Positions 49,227-64,000 are shown, numbered from the stretch's first letter. The stretch is 64,000 nt of DNA from Bugula neritina (GCA_964035545.1 OZ037769.1:10508633-10572632); one strand, 5' to 3'. Notes: a model not told the origin generated them from the sequence alone. Numbers and translations are program-made.

Positions 49227-51673
49227 TTATTGTAACTAAGCCAACTTCAGAACTCTGCCCTTATGTGACAGAAGTTTTCTTTAAAATAAGTGATGTATCA
49301 AGTGGCTATATTAGGCTGGTCATCAGATTTGAATTGTTCAGTAAATGTGGTTAGACTAAGTTACACTTCTAGCAGGAGAGCTGAGTACCCAGGTGTGTCT
49401 GCAGTACCTTAACAACTCATGGTTTTGTTTGACTCCGCCGTTTACTACAAAGGCTCACTTGGTTTTCTAACAGAACTTATATTGCTATGTTGAAAAAGGA
49501 TATTAATAGTACCACTTTTTCTATGCTACATTCTATATAATAGCTAAATCATGGTATGTATTACATGAAATGTGTTGCAGTTATATCACTGTATATGCTA
49601 TTCAAAACAATATAATTTTTTATAAACAGTTTGATGTAGTATTGATTATTATGTCTACAGTTATAATACACTCACACACGCAGACATAATATGCTAATGT
49701 CATGTGGTATTATGAAAGTATTTCATGTGGTATTTTAAAGCATCATAAATTACTCATAATATACCGATTAAAAATATTGGATATTATAATCAATTTAAGT
49801 AAAAACAATATGGCCGTTACTTTTTATCATTTTGCTTTTGAATTTTGGTGAGCAAAACAAAATATACATGGCTCAAAAATACCTGTTGAATTTTTATTGT
49901 CAAATATATTTTGTAGTCAAACACTGCAATTGTAAAACATAAACTTGTATAAATATCAGACAACATGATTCATTATGGTTTGTATTTTCCCTCGAGCAGT
50001 CTTTAGAGTTTAGTTGGTGTAACAAAATGGTTTGTTAAGCTATTTTGTTTTCTATCTAGATCACGTTATGGGTTGCATAACATGCAGAGTTTATACAGTA
50101 AAGCTTACAAGTCAGTTTTAATTAACTAGATGTAATTTGGAGTTGTGCCAACTTACTGGCTATAACATTTACCACTGAGTGTCCTCCAATCATATGAATA
50201 CATGTAGTAGGTTGTTCATAACATGTCTATGATGAAATCCCCTGTAGAGTTCCAACTGCTGATAATCAGTGAATTTACATATTCATAATAACATAATAAG
50301 CATTCAAGGAAAGACAAGTAGCTATAATGGGTGCATTTAGGAGCTCCAAACTGTATAATTTTCCTATATCCTTAGAGAAAGTGACGGTTGTTATTGAGCT
50401 GGCTATTTACATTGTGACGTGGTGTTGCATGTTACTATGATGTATAGATGCTGTGTAGTGTAGTGTAGTGTTCAAGTGTAAAAAAAGCATAATTTGAACC
50501 TGAAAAAACAACGTGAAAAACTAGAGCTACAGCAACAATGATGAGTGCTAAGCATTACATCAAAAGTTCGCTATAGATGCTCATTTGAATAAAGCAAAGC
50601 AGATTCGATAAGCTGAAACTAAATGGTGTTTTATGATTAGCCAATGTAGTTAGAAAAATGACAATATTCTTCGTAAGACTGTGTGGATAATTGTAAAACC
50701 TACCATGCAAGTAACATCAAAGATGTTTACAAAAAATATCATTGCTGCATTACTAGTGGCAATTTTTGAATAGAGTTGTCTCCTCTATATGACTTTTTGC
50801 AGTTTTCATGTTCACATAGCGAATCAATTTTCCGGATTTATCCAATCACTTAGTTTGACTCACTAAAACAAGGCCGATTTTAGTGGTTGGACCACTACTA
50901 ACAATAATTCTCTATTCTCACATAGCATAGTTCGTAGGTCGGTGCCTGGTCTCACGAACCAATCACTATGTGACTGTGTAAACAAACAAGGTGATAAATT
51001 GTGCGCAACTGGACCGTAGTTAATCACAAACCTAAAGTCAATATTGTAGCTGCTTGGTTATTTCTTGCTATTAGTATCGGTATAAGTAGGAGTATTCTAA
51101 CTTGAAGTTGAAAAATTGAATAGTTTCTATAGCTTGTATGGCAAACTCAACAAGTATACTGGAACTATTATTATTATTTTCAACTTTTCAAGTACAGAAT
51201 GATAGTCATAATGATAATCATTACGATTATGATTACGTTTACTGAGTCCAGTTACTCATTAGTCATTAGTCATCACTATTAGTCGTAGTATTAGTATTAC
51301 TATTAGCGGTATTAGTATTGCTAATACAAAGTAAAAGTGATCACAGTTATGATCATATTTTAATTATATATCTTTACTTGACTATCCTTAGCAGCTGACA
51401 TTAATTTTGTCTACTAAGTGATATCTATTAACCGTTGACATTGTGTAATACAAATATTATTCTTTAATAACGAAAAAACTTAATAGACTCAAGTCTGTGA
51501 TGGGAAATTTGTTGAAGTTGTTCAAAAGTCTACCAGTACCTGTATCAATTCATTGCATTTCACTGTTTAAATATTTTGATTTAAAATTAAGCTATCAGTA
51601 GCCTATTGATTATTTTTAACTCGATACTGATACTTAGCTTTACATTGATGTTGAAGTAAAGGTGGTGGTGTTT

Positions 51674-51936
51674 GGTAAAATTAGCACAGGTAGTTATGAC
51701 ACAGTAAAATGGAACAGGTAAAAAGGGCACAAATGGAAAAGTAAATAAAATGGCGCATTTTCAATATTAAGGTTTGAGGTAGGGGTTTAGAATTGAGGAT
51801 TTCGGTTTTTAGGGATTAGAAGTTTGCATGTAGATGCGTGGGTTTGGGTAAATTTAAAATCATTGTGCCATTTTTATCTACTTTTCCATTTGCGCCAGCA
51901 TTACCTGTACTATTATTACCTGTGACACTTTTACCT
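51674..51936. mobile_element. Short TIR element with (GGTAAAAATGGCACA)n terminal repeats, copy 2
   Basis: Shares GGCACAAATGGAAAAGTA with copy 1 and has the inverted TACTTTTCCATTTGCGCC on the right. Confidence 0.6.
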
Positions 51937-52902
51937 AAAGTCAAAGGTGGCATATTGATTCTGATAATAATACAAATCATCATCAGCATATCGTGTAAAA
52001 TGTAATGATCAAAATTTCTGAGTTATCAGCACATTGTTAAATTTATAATGAAGATTAGGGTGTAAATACTTAGTATATAAAACCTACCTAATGTATATAA
52101 AAAACCATTTCACATATCATTTTGTTTCTTGCCTTTTTATTTACTGATTATTGTCATTTTTTATTTAAAAGAGCTATTGATAGTTAATCATAATTGTTAA
52201 CATCAGGTTTCATGTTTGTTGCACTTAGTCATTTTGGTGATTATTGTGGCTCATTGTTTTTTATTTCATTTGTTTAACTTATTTGGTTTAGACCAATGAA
52301 ATCAGCGTGAAGTCATACAGCCAGATATCTCAAACATGATTTTCAAGCTGGTTTGTAGCAAAGTCTAAGTACGATCACAATAGAAGTACACTCACAGTAG
52401 AAGGACACGTTTACTTTGGCAGTGTAAGTATTTCTAATTGTTTGTACCCTAGTGATAAGGTGAAAATCACAAAAACTCAAATCAATGACCAAAAGGTCAT
52501 TTTAAATCATAAAGAAAGCACAGTGTCAAATGTCATACAATAGCAAATTACTTTTGAATTAACTTGCAAGTCTTGAAAAAAGCCCAATTGAATATTCACA
52601 TATGTTTAATAGTAATGGAATAACTAGAAATGTGTTATTCTGCAATTTATATAACAATTTGGTAATTCTAGTTCTCACTATTTTAGAATGAATATTTATT
52701 TATGGGTGACAATAAATATCAAAATCATCAAGACAGTCAAGGTGCACTTTAAGTACATTAAATGTTTTTGACACACTAATTATTCCTTATTGGTTGAGAT
52801 GTTTGTTTCAACATTTCATCTAGATCAATTGAATCAATTCAATGCTTCTACTAGCAAATACATAACATAGAGCTAAGATATTTGGGCTGCAAGTACTATC
52901 TA

Positions 52903-53062
52903 AAACTCACGCAAGTTTATATTCACTATCCTTGTGAGAATCCCTGATGGAAGGGGTTTTTGTTAAATCAGGCTAAGGACTTATTTATATGTGGCACAGG
53001 GGAAGTTATGACTGAATGCTCTTCCTAACATAACCAATGACCTTTACTGAGGATTAACCCAT
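52903..53062 (-). mobile_element. tRNA-derived SINE, copy 4 (5'-degenerate)
   Basis: CCCTGATGGAAGGGGTTTT...GCTAAGGAC...TCTTCCTAA is shared with copy 2. Confidence 0.75.
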
Positions 53063-54895
53063 GATTACAGCTGCTCCTTGGCTGCATATAGTATATACTC
53101 TAGATAAAAAGCATATGCTGCAATGTATTTCAGTATTTTGCTATATTTATTCTAGCATAAAGTTTTACATTCCGTCATAGTGCTTTTGACAATATAATTG
53201 AGTACAATTATATTGATAATGACCAGAAGAAGTTTGACGGTTGGAGATGTATGATCAGCCCAAAATGTGAACAGTTGTATCGTTAGACTGCTATGTTGTG
53301 AATATTTTAGTCATGTTGGCTGCGTACTTGTTGTCTCAAGTACTACTTGTCTTGAGTACTTGCGTTTACTTGACTTAGAGAACATGCTAGAATAGTTGAC
53401 TTGCTTTAATTAACATAAAACTTTTGACTGATAAGCTTCATTTATTATAGTTTAGTTAAGGAGAGTAAATTAAACTTCAAGCTTGACCAATTTAAAATTT
53501 ATAGCAATGAATTCAAGTTGGTTTGAGTCCATGGAATGACCACATGTTTTTGAACTTGCTACTTCATTGATTTGTTGAGAGTTTGATGTAACTTTGCTAC
53601 TTTGTAAGACAATATTAAACGATGTAATGCTTGCATACTTTGTATTAAATAAAATAATGGTATATACTATTCTTTTATATTAGCGTGGAAGCAAAATATC
53701 AGAGAAGATCCAAAAGTAAATGAATCAAGCTTACTTAGCTTTAGTACAGCATAAAGTTATGAAGCTTTTATATTCTTGTAAAGTATTTTGGTTATCTGCT
53801 TCATGCTTGACTGTAGTGATGGAAATGACAAAATTTGTGAAATTGCTTACATGAAGAGAGAAACTTAATCTGTCAGTCAGCAAGGTTTAGAATTATATTT
53901 AGAATTGTTTGAAGTTTTAACTACAAAATTGATTTGTTGTGCATTTAAATTTATCTCTTGATGATTACCTAATTTCTAAAACAATTACAAAACTTATAAA
54001 TCATTATTGGACAAGTATAATAGAATTCAAATTTTGACATTAAGTTGCAAGTTTGCATTTAAAATCAGTTGGAGCTTTAAAATGATAGTATAGTAAATGT
54101 ATGACTATTTATAGTATAGAGTATAGAAATGCCATGATTTGGTAGTGTAAACTATGAAAGCTATGAAAGATGCTGGTTGCAAACTTGTGGCATGTTGGGT
54201 GTAGTATGAAGAGTACATCTGCTGTACAGTTTAGTTCTGTCATTTGTTACTCACTTGAAATATCTTTCTAGTTAGCCATTCTATGATGCATGAAAATGAC
54301 TCTTTGTAAAGTATTACAATCCAACCTAAGACCAAGTTATTGATAATTGTAATATATTACAGTCAAAAGTTAGAAAATAATTACTGTATCAATCATTATT
54401 ATTGTGACGCTATTACAAGTAACAAAGTGCTTTCAAAGGCACTCACAAGTTTTGGGTGGGTACAACAGCAACAGTAAGTTCAAACTGGAGGGGCAGCTCC
54501 AGAGTAGGGTCATACCAACTGCACGCTCCTAGTTTAATTAAGGAAATGAGTCTATTTGTGACTTTGCTTGTACTACGTTTTATATAAAATTAGGATTTTT
54601 CAAGGGTACTGATAACTGTGTACTAACCATGCTATTGGTATGTTTGATTGTTATACTAGTAAAATATTATATATCCCAAGTTTAGAATAGTAACATCATC
54701 ATTATTGAAATAACAATGCATATTTAACACAAAGTATTGTTCCTATCGGATATAACTACTTAGCTGAAATTATTTAGTTGAGCCTATCTGTGTCTACTAC
54801 CTATATCTACTATCTATATCTTCTATTATCTATTATCTAGTGTTTATTTTTGTGATATATATTCAAGGACTGAACAAACATTTCTACCTCGATCA

Positions 54896-55110
54896 TTCAA
54901 TGTATGTATTATAACTTCTAGATTGTATTCAATGTATGTATTATAACTTCTAGATTATATTCAATGTATGTATTATAACTTCTAGATTATATTCAATGTA
55001 TGTATTATAACTTCTAGATTCTATTCCATGTATGTATTATAACATCTAGATAATATTCCATGTATGTAATTATGTTGATATTAATCATTATATCTAGATT
55101 ATATTCATTT
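54896..55110. repeat. 32-bp minisatellite (TTCAATGTATGTATTATAACTTCTAGATTATA)n
   Basis: About 6 copies visible. Confidence 0.9.
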
Positions 55111-56193
55111 TATGTAATATATATCTGTTTAGGAAATTAATGCAATTTTATTTTCCTAAAAATGCACTTCTGTACTAAATTTCACCCAAAAGATCTCCAT
55201 ACTTTAAAATTTGGAACAGCTCTGCTAAGACATAGATAAACATTTTTTCGTCAATTTTGACTTGACTTTTTCTCAAAGTCACACTTAGTAAGCTGGTATA
55301 TAGTAAGTTTGTATAAAATTCAAACAGCGACTTGCTGCTGAATATTTTAGTCAAAGTTGCATATCTGTTGAGACTACAAGCAACTCTCCTGGGTGACTTT
55401 GATGCTAAATGCTGCTCTGTAATTGGATGCCAGTGTGGTCAGTTAATATGCATAGGTTGTGTGGTAGTCAACATGCTTTTAGGTTACGTTATACATGGTA
55501 CTCAACTATCTAGTCAAAGTTATGGTTTTAATGTTTTAATCTCAGTCTAATTCTGGTCAACTTCTCACATTTCTGCTACTACACATAACATGGAGTTAGT
55601 AATAGAAGCTATCATTCTGGATTATGACCATTTGAGAATCAGTAGGTAGCACAAAACCCATGCTTGTACGATGTGTGATGTGTGCACATTTAAAGCTATA
55701 GGGGATAGGGGTGCAGGCATTTCTGGAGCTTAGGCTATATATAGAATTTTGGTTTCCAAAAATTTCCACTGAAAGACTCATCAGCCATAAAAATTGTATT
55801 ATTTGTTATGATTTTTTACCTGTATGATAGTAAATCTAACTCAGCACTACATAAATATAACATAAAGGGTAGGTCTGTATACTGCATACCTTTTTCAAAG
55901 CATATTATATTAACTTATATTTTAGTTAATTAATTAATTAATACTGGTATTATTTACTAGAAGTTGGCATTTTGTGATAATCACTGTTAGGCCCTCAACT
56001 TTCAATATCTCTGTATTATTGTGTATTGTGTATATTTAAGGAATGCATTTTCTTGTTGCGAACATTTCTTGGTTTCTTAAAATTTCTGGCATCAAATTGA
56101 CTAACCAGCTGATATAATTGGCATTTTTCTCCCATCAGTAACGTAAGTGAACCTGTGTTGTTAGTTTTAGGAGGGAGCGAGGAGAGTGTAACT

Positions 56194-59100
56194 ATGTTGG
56201 AGAATCGTCTCCCCAGCAGGACAAATGGTTTAAACCTGCCATTACACCCCCTGCAGTTTCTCGTAATTTGTGTCCTCATATACTTTGGACTCATCTGGAA
56301 CTGTGTGACAGTTCCAGCTCTACCTACGGTGTGGCAGCCAGCAGGGTACACTGTATCCTTTAACTATACGTACTGAGTTCAATATTCTGTTAAATAAACC
56401 TTTTTACTCTATGCTGTTTACTCCATATACCCACTATTACTTAGTGAATGGCAATAAATTTATAATTTTTTTGTTTTATTTATATTTGTCCTTCATGATT
56501 GTAAGCTACTCATTCTCTGCTTACCTAAAAGCTGCAGTAAATGTCCATTGATTTAAAACATTTGTAAAAGCTGGTATGCTAACTTTCTGTTTGGAATATT
56601 TACGTTAATGAACAAAGGGTATCTTCCTTACAAAGGTGTAATAGATATTAGCTGTAATTCTTATTTCGCACGTCATAACCTATGCGGTTGCCACAATCAT
56701 TGACCCAGCAGATGAAATGATTTCTCACAGACTAGTCAAAGGAACCAGCGCTTCACTGGATAGGAGTATACACAAGCATGCAATAGAGAACAACTTCTGC
56801 TACTTATGTGAATGCATGGTGTAAGTGTTCCCTTTTCCTTTTGATAAGTTGTGAGTAAGATGGTGCGTTACTTAGCAGTGTCATGATTAGTCAGGCTTTT
56901 AAATATTTCACCTTTTCAGCAGTAGGGTGTTTTGGTAAGGTGCCTTTCAAATATTCTAGCTTGCAAAGTAAGAGTTTACTAGCTAAAATTTTCTGTCTAC
57001 ACTCTACAGGCCTGTGAAAACATGTATTTGGCTCTTACCAGTTTTTAAGAAAGCCATCAAACTCTAGGTTCGCCAGATGAGGCAATCTTCAGAGTTGCAT
57101 TACTTCTGTGAAACAAAATAGAAACTGGTTACTTTTCTGTGCTCTTGAAAGGGCTATGACTCATCACATTAGCGAAGTGATTTAAGTATCACATATAAGT
57201 AGCTATACCCTATATTACGTAGACTAAAGCCAATAAGTTCTAATCATTGTCCAACATGGTGGTTTAATTGCATACGGAGTTGTATTTTTAATACAATTCC
57301 TAGAGCCAATAGTCATTCTATGTAAAAATATGGTTTAGCCTACTAAATGATAGTGAGAGTAAAAGTTGTGACTACTAAGCCACAATATTGTAACACCTTA
57401 AAGATTAAATATTAGTTTAATCGTCTCTTTGATCGTATAGCCACTAACCCTAGCAACCTCCTAGGTTCATAAGTGTATTCTATTGAGTGTAATCCAACTT
57501 ACTAAAATTTATACTCTGCTTGAAAGACTTCTGTGGTTGCACATAAACTCTATTTGCTATAACTTTTACTGTCAGTTTTTAATGTTGCTGATATTATATC
57601 TATTCCTGTTGTAGGGGGGACAAATCCAAACACTGCAGCATATGTAACAAGTGTGTCGAGGTATTTGACCACCACTGTGTGTGGCTCAACAACTGTGTTG
57701 GCCGGAAGAATTACAGGTTGGTTTGTTGACTTTTCTTACTTGCCAGCGCCTTCACCCACCTGGCTATTACTGCAATCATTGGTATTATGGACTCCAAATT
57801 AAATACAGTCAGTACTAGTTCAACTTTAAGAATTGCTTTTAATTAAACAAAATTGAAATAAATGCTAGAAGGCCCTTTGTTTCTATTATCACTTTGTTAT
57901 ACTGTATGCAGATTGTAGTGCTATGTTGTGTGTAGTACTATGTTGTGTGTAGTACTATGTTGAGTGTAGGGCTATGTTGTGTGTAGTACTATGTTGTGTG
58001 TAGTGCTATGTTATATTGGAAAGAATGTTGTGAATTATTAAATGCCAAGCCTTGGTTCAAGGCAAGAATATTTTTTACTGCTTATATACCTACTATTGTG
58101 TAATAATAGCTAGCAGCTGGTAAACCAATTGTGCTACAAATATCTACTATTGGGGGGACAATTCTTCACCTTCTTCAGTGATTGTAGTTGAGTGTTTAAT
58201 GTTCAGCATATAATCACTAGTTTATTCTTTTAGTTCCACCTACTAAATCCAATACACTTAATACTCTGGCACACCCTGTTTCCTTAGAAAGTCATATATA
58301 ATATATTTGTATAATATATCATTTATATTGCTCTATGATTTATATACCTAACACTTGGCATATAAATACTGATAACTTATATTATATCGTTTGTTTCTGT
58401 ATTGTAGAACATTTATAGCTTGTTTGTTCACGGGACTCATGGGGTCCGTTATCATTGGTTCTATTAACTTGATGCTGTTCATTGCATACTTTACTGACAA
58501 AGACAGAGGTGATATTCTCCAGCCTTACGCAGGTAAGTCGTATAGTATTATATGGTAAAGGTTCAATGCATCACTTTACCTGCAAGATACTCCGTATGTG
58601 GAAATTTCTTTTGGAGTATTCAGGTTCATCATCACAAGTTTTAGCAAACTTGTACATATACTGCATTTCTAATGATGTTATGTTTTGTTATATATCGTAT
58701 ATATGTTACGTATGTGTTATATCACAGTGTGATGTGCATTATTACACCTACTGTATATTTTATAGTGTGTCATTATACTGTATATGTTATCTATTATACT
58801 GTATATGCTATGTATTATATTGTATATGCTATGTATTATACTGTATATGCTATGTATTGCTATATTGTATGTGCTATGTATTATATTGTATATGCTATGT
58901 ATTATATTGTATATGCTATGTATTGCTATATTGTATATGCTATGTGTTATTATATTATATCTGTATAAATAATAAACACATTAAGCTGCACATATTTTAC
59001 CTCCAGATGTACAATTACAGATGCTATAGCACTGCATGATAACATAAACTTGAAATATTTTTCCTTAGGTTTCTATATCGAGTTGGCATTATGCCAAAGT

Positions 59101-62100
59101 GTTCTAGGCCAGCCCTGTATCCCTATTATCTACTTTTGTAGAGTTATTGAAGACTTCTACAGAATCTCAAGTGTCAACAGTGACAACTGGCACTGGTACG
59201 TAAACTTATGAAGTCTTATATGTGATGTACGTTTATATTATACCAGTTAAACATCAGTTATATATGTGGTGTGTATTGGTATTATACCAGTTAAACATTA
59301 GTCTTATATGTGATGCACATTTATATTATACACCCTCAACTCAGCATAGGTGTATAATTTATACATAATTATATATCAAATAATATATTATTCTATGCCA
59401 CAGAAATTATTAGAGATGTTTTACTTTACATTAAATTTTGACATTTTATTTTCCCCACTAGACACTGAATATTTTTCCAGTTTAAAAGTATTAAAATGAC
59501 AAATATATGCAAGTTTTCTAGTTAATTTATTGGTCAGCTAATAGTCATTAGTAGCATTACTAGAAAATCATCTGCTATCATTTTTTGCCTTGATTTTGGA
59601 ATTAAACTGAGTAAAAACTAATTTCTTGTCCAAGATTTTAGATAGTATTGGCTTATGTTGAGTCATGTATTTGTAATTCTTAGAGTTGGGGTTGATACAA
59701 GCTTGTTTCTTATTCCACAGCTACAATAAGTGATTTCTAGTAAGAACTGCAGTAAAATGTATACCTTTACACCCATGCCTATAACTATGATGTACTATAT
59801 AGCAACAGACACGCATGTATAACATTTCATAACAGTGTAACTATTCTATTGTAGCTCAGTTCTACCTGTTTTTCCGTCCAGCGCCATACGAGGCGTTTCT
59901 AGCCATCGTGGCCCTCACCACAGTCATGGGTTTCATAGCCTCTGGTCTCTTGGTGCATCTCCTTGGCTTCCATGTCTATTTGTGTAAGTGTGCAGAGTAT
60001 GTTTTAGTGATATGTTATAAGGGTATGCAGAGCATGCTGTAGTGGTATGTTGTAGTAGTATGCTGTAGTGGTATGTTGTAGTAGTATACTGTAGTGGTAT
60101 GTTATAGTAGTATGTTGTAGTGGTATGTTGTAGTAGTATGCTGTAGTGGTATGTTATAGTAGTATGCTGTAGTGGTATGTTGTAGTAGTATGCTGTAGTA
60201 GTATGTTGTAGTAGTATGCTGTAGTAGTATGTTGTAGTAGTATACTGTAGTGGTATGTTATAGTAGTATTCTGTAGTGGTATGTTATAGTAGTATGCTGT
60301 AGTGGTATGTTATAGTAGTATGCTGTAGTGGTATGTTATAGTGGTATTCTGTAGTGGTATGTTATAAGGGTATGCAGAGCATGCTGTAGTGATATGTTAT
60401 AGTAGTATGCTGTAGTGGTATGTTATAGTAGTATGCTGTAGTGGTATGTTGTAGTAGTATTCTGTAGTGGTATGTTATAGTAGTGTGCTGTAGTGGTATG
60501 TTATAAGGGTATGCAGAGCATGCTGTAGTGATATGTTATAGTAGTGTGCTGTAGTGATATGTTATAGTAGTATGCTGTAGGGGTATGTTATAGTAGTATG
60601 CTGTAGTGGTATGTTGTAGTAGTATGCTGTAGTGGTATGTTATAGTAGTATGCTGTAGTGGTATGTTGTAGTAGTATGCTGTAGTGGTATGTTGTAGTAG
60701 TATGCTGTAGTGGTATGTTATAGTCGTATGCTGTAGTGGTATGTTATAGTAGTATGCTGTAGTGGTATGTTATAGTAGTATGCTGTAGTGGTATGTTATA
60801 GTAGTATGCTGTAGTGGTATGTTATAGTGGTATGCTGTAGTGGTATGTTATAGTAGTATGCTGTAGTGGTATGTTGTAATAATATTAAAAATTTTAAAAA
60901 CGTTTTTGTCACTACTTATTGTAAAGCAGTATATATTTTATTCTTAATAAAACCTTCTTACTGCTAGCAGCTGTTTAAATTTTCAATTTAAAGGGAGTTC
61001 AATGCTCCTCATTTGTGACATACTGCTTACTTCCATTACTATAACACTAATACTTACTGCTTTATAATTGTGTGATTGTAATAATATAACCAGTGAAAAT
61101 TATCATAGAATATCTGCAGTTTTAGATTTGGATTAATTGCTGGAGTATATATTTGTCAAAATCGTGGCACAAACTGCCAGAGCTGCTGGTTTAGTGACGT
61201 GTGAAGAATATTATTTAACAGAATTTTTATGACTGCTTCGAAAGTTTAAATCAAAATTTATTTATAGTTTTTTAAGTACATTATATAATTTGTTGCACTT
61301 TCCTACAGCAGCAGCTCTCAAATGGTCGCCCATTTGTCGCGATACAGCGAGTATGAGGAACTCACTTTGTTTAAAACACTCCTGCATGTTGGATGTTTTC
61401 TTCTTCAGGGTTTAAAAAGCTGACAACTTACGAGCTAATACTTCAGGAGAGAGAAAAGGCAGATCTTGAAGCTCAAAGAAAGGCCAGCAATCCTAGTATT
61501 CAGGAGAGAGAAGAACAAGCTACTACCAGTACTTCATGTCTAAAGGTACTGCTACTTGTAGCTTCAGATCAGTGAAATGGATTCCAATCAGCTAAATGGA
61601 TATCTATTATATACATTCATCTAGCTTATATAAGTCAGATTGATAAAATATTTTCAGGTCAACCAGATTAATATTTAATTTACTTAGAAATATTATATAG
61701 GTCAACTAGATTTATATAAGCTAATCAAGTTTATATAGATGAGCAATATATGTGTAGAACACAAAATATAAATAATTTATTTAATTTAAAAATATATTTT
61801 AGTAAACCAGGTCTATCTATGTACATGAGTCAGTTATATAATAAGCCCCAGCTGGCAATACTAATTGGCACCTGTTTTTCTATTGGTCAACCTAACTGTC
61901 AATTTTATATACTAGATTCAGATTAATGATTTAGTTTAGGAAGATCAAAAACTCTGTGTTTGCTTTTAAACTAAAGAGATGAATGTTTGCAAATTACTAC
62001 TAGGAACTAGGAACTTACTGACACCTGAATACACTGTAAGCTATTAGGGTTTAGTAAGGTAGGTTCCCAGTCTATTGCTTGTATGTTTTGTTTGTAGAGT

Positions 62101-62190
62101 GTTAAACCTAAAAGATCAATAGTTCCGGTATCTACAACGTCTATGAAAGAGTTGCAACAGAAGCAGAAGACTGAGTATTCTCTTGTTTGA
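56194..62190 (+). CDS. DHHC palmitoyltransferase, ZDHHC1/ZDHHC11-like
   Basis: [13 protein letters not shown]; IDPAD; FCYLC...[32 protein letters not shown]; LLGFHVYL; LTTYE. Exons: 56194-56352, 56645-56820, 57615-57716, 58408-58532, 59142-59195, 59855-59983, 61409-61545, 62098-62190. The last exon is less certain. Confidence 0.92.
56353..56644 (+). other. U12-type (minor spliceosome) GT-AG intron
   Basis: 5' site GTATCCTTTAAC. Branch-like TTCCTTAC about 14 nt before the AG at 56643-56644, with no polypyrimidine tract. The reading frame is preserved. Confidence 0.88.
58770..58960. repeat. 21-24-bp minisatellite (TATATTGTATATGCTATGTAT)n
   Basis: About 8 copies visible. Confidence 0.88.
60000..60878. 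repeat. 26-bp (2x13) minisatellite (GTAGTATGCTGTAGTGGTATGTTATA)n
   Basis: About 870-bp array starting just after the donor at 59984. Confidence 0.95.
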
Positions 62191-64000
62191 TCCACAGAAC
62201 TGGAGGATCTGCTGGTGGTGCACAGAGTTAGATGATATTATTCTCTTCTTTTCTATTGTACAATCAAACAATTCTAACTCTACGCGTTTCTAAGGACTTT
62301 TGATTAGTTTACACATTTTTACTCAAGCAGCGTTTGACTTCCCAGCTCAAGAAATTAAACAGCTAAAGATATTAGCCATACCAGCAATAAGTATTGCTTG
62401 TAATAGATAATGAGAATACAGGAGAAAGGGTTCCTAATGAAATATAATATATCATTAGAGTTATCCCCCTTGACTGTGTTGCTTCCCACCTTCCCCCCAC
62501 CTTTGCTAGTATGCGATGTAAGCTCTGCTTTGATTAGTGCTGTATTACACTAGCCTTGAGTGATAGCAACTTAAAGCAAGTTTCAGTGATGTCTGTATAA
62601 GCCTGACTTGCATGGCATATAAGAGAGAAGTAATAATAAAGTATAAAAAACGTGTTTCATCTCCTTAAAATGCAACTCTTTTTCCAACCTGATATTAAAT
62701 TAGGCCTATATATTTTTGAATGCTTGTGTATAGTGAAATGTTGGTATAGCTATTTTATGTTATATCCTATGAAATTTCAAATTATGTAATTATTTTTTAT
62801 ATTTTATGTTTTGTTCATTCCTTGTTCAACTTATTAGGCCATGTTTAACTTAATAGGAAAAACAAGCCTTGATAAACTTATATTTTATTTTAATTACAAT
62901 CTTGTTTGTTCTACATTTGCTTTGTGTACAAAAAATTAACTTATTGTTTTATTTTAGCAGTAGGCTTTCTAATTATATCTCTTATTGAACTTAATTCAAA
63001 ATTCATATTTATTATATACATACCTTTCACTTTTTGCTCAACAATAAAATTAAGTATTTTTGTGACAATTTTCAAAATTTTTTCAACCAGTATTCTCAAT
63101 GTCTATATCCTATACATGTATGTATATAAAATATAACATCCTACCACTGTCAATTGAGATGTAAATGTGGATTATAAAGCACATGATTACTGATTAAATG
63201 CATATTCAAGGGCTGACATACAGCTGCTTTCTATATTAGTATAAACTATAAATGATAGTGTCATGCACATAATGCAATATTATTATACCAAAATAAAAGA
63301 CAGTTGCATTGATTACCTACTGTGAGATGCTGAAATGTGAATTTTCTCATAAGATTATAGGCCCTACTATTAACCCATTTATAACCTAAAATCATTACTA
63401 TAATTAAAACTTTGATAAGCATAAGCCATACATGTCAATTTAACAACATTACATGTAAGTACAGTACTGATTGCATGTGCCAGCTTGTCTATTATGCATG
63501 TGATATAAAGTAGCACAGGATCAATCTTAATTAGCAGTCTCTTCTTGCAAGACTAAACCAGCAGTGTGGTACAACCTACTAAGTACATCATATTAAACAG
63601 AAGCCTGTTACATCTTCTTACACTCTCTCTCTATCTCATATGTATTCTATGTATTAATATGTGTCATCTATGCAGGGATTATGAGTACTGTGAGGAGTTA
63701 GTTAATAATCAGTTATCTATAAGCAATCTCTTGTTAAGATCAGAACTACTAAGCTTATAATATGACATTAATAAAGAGTAACCTTAAATCAGAGGTCCCC
63801 TCACACAAAGATTATACAGCCACTTGGTAAATTTAAAGCGGAATTGAGGCATCACCTCCACTCTGTTGAGTGATCTGTGGTGCCTTGTATGGTAATGCCA
63901 ACATTGGGCCCGCGTACCACTAGCCATGCTATTTCGCACTGGGCCTCATCATCATTTCCGACAGCTTATTTTGATATAGGCTACTGTTATTTGTTACTAT

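Overview
This is AT-rich, intron-containing eukaryotic (invertebrate animal-like) DNA. It holds five host genes: a short RING/B-box/coiled-coil TRIM gene (-), GTF3C3/TFIIIC102 (-), ELOC/Elongin C (+), an unnamed C-type-lectin + EGF single-pass membrane protein (+), and a ZDHHC1/11-like palmitoyltransferase (+) with a U12-type minor intron. There are three intact-looking retroelements. The first is the 3' part of a Ty3/Gypsy element with an extra zinc-finger ORF between pol and the 3' LTR. The second is a full-length CR1/L2-group LINE with a PHD-finger ORF1. The third is a complete Mag-like Gypsy with 232-bp LTRs that look identical by eye. The LINE and the Mag-like element flank an apparent GTF3C3/ELOC bidirectional promoter, each sitting in a first intron. 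Introns also carry a tRNA-derived SINE family, several MITE/foldback elements and many minisatellites. The most novel-looking signal is the Gypsy accessory ORF (acidic N-terminus, two zinc fingers, NLS, coiled coil). It is preceded by a degenerate copy of the element's own LTR promoter region, a layout reminiscent of complex retroviruses with an internal promoter and transactivator. All calls were made by eye, with no database searches.
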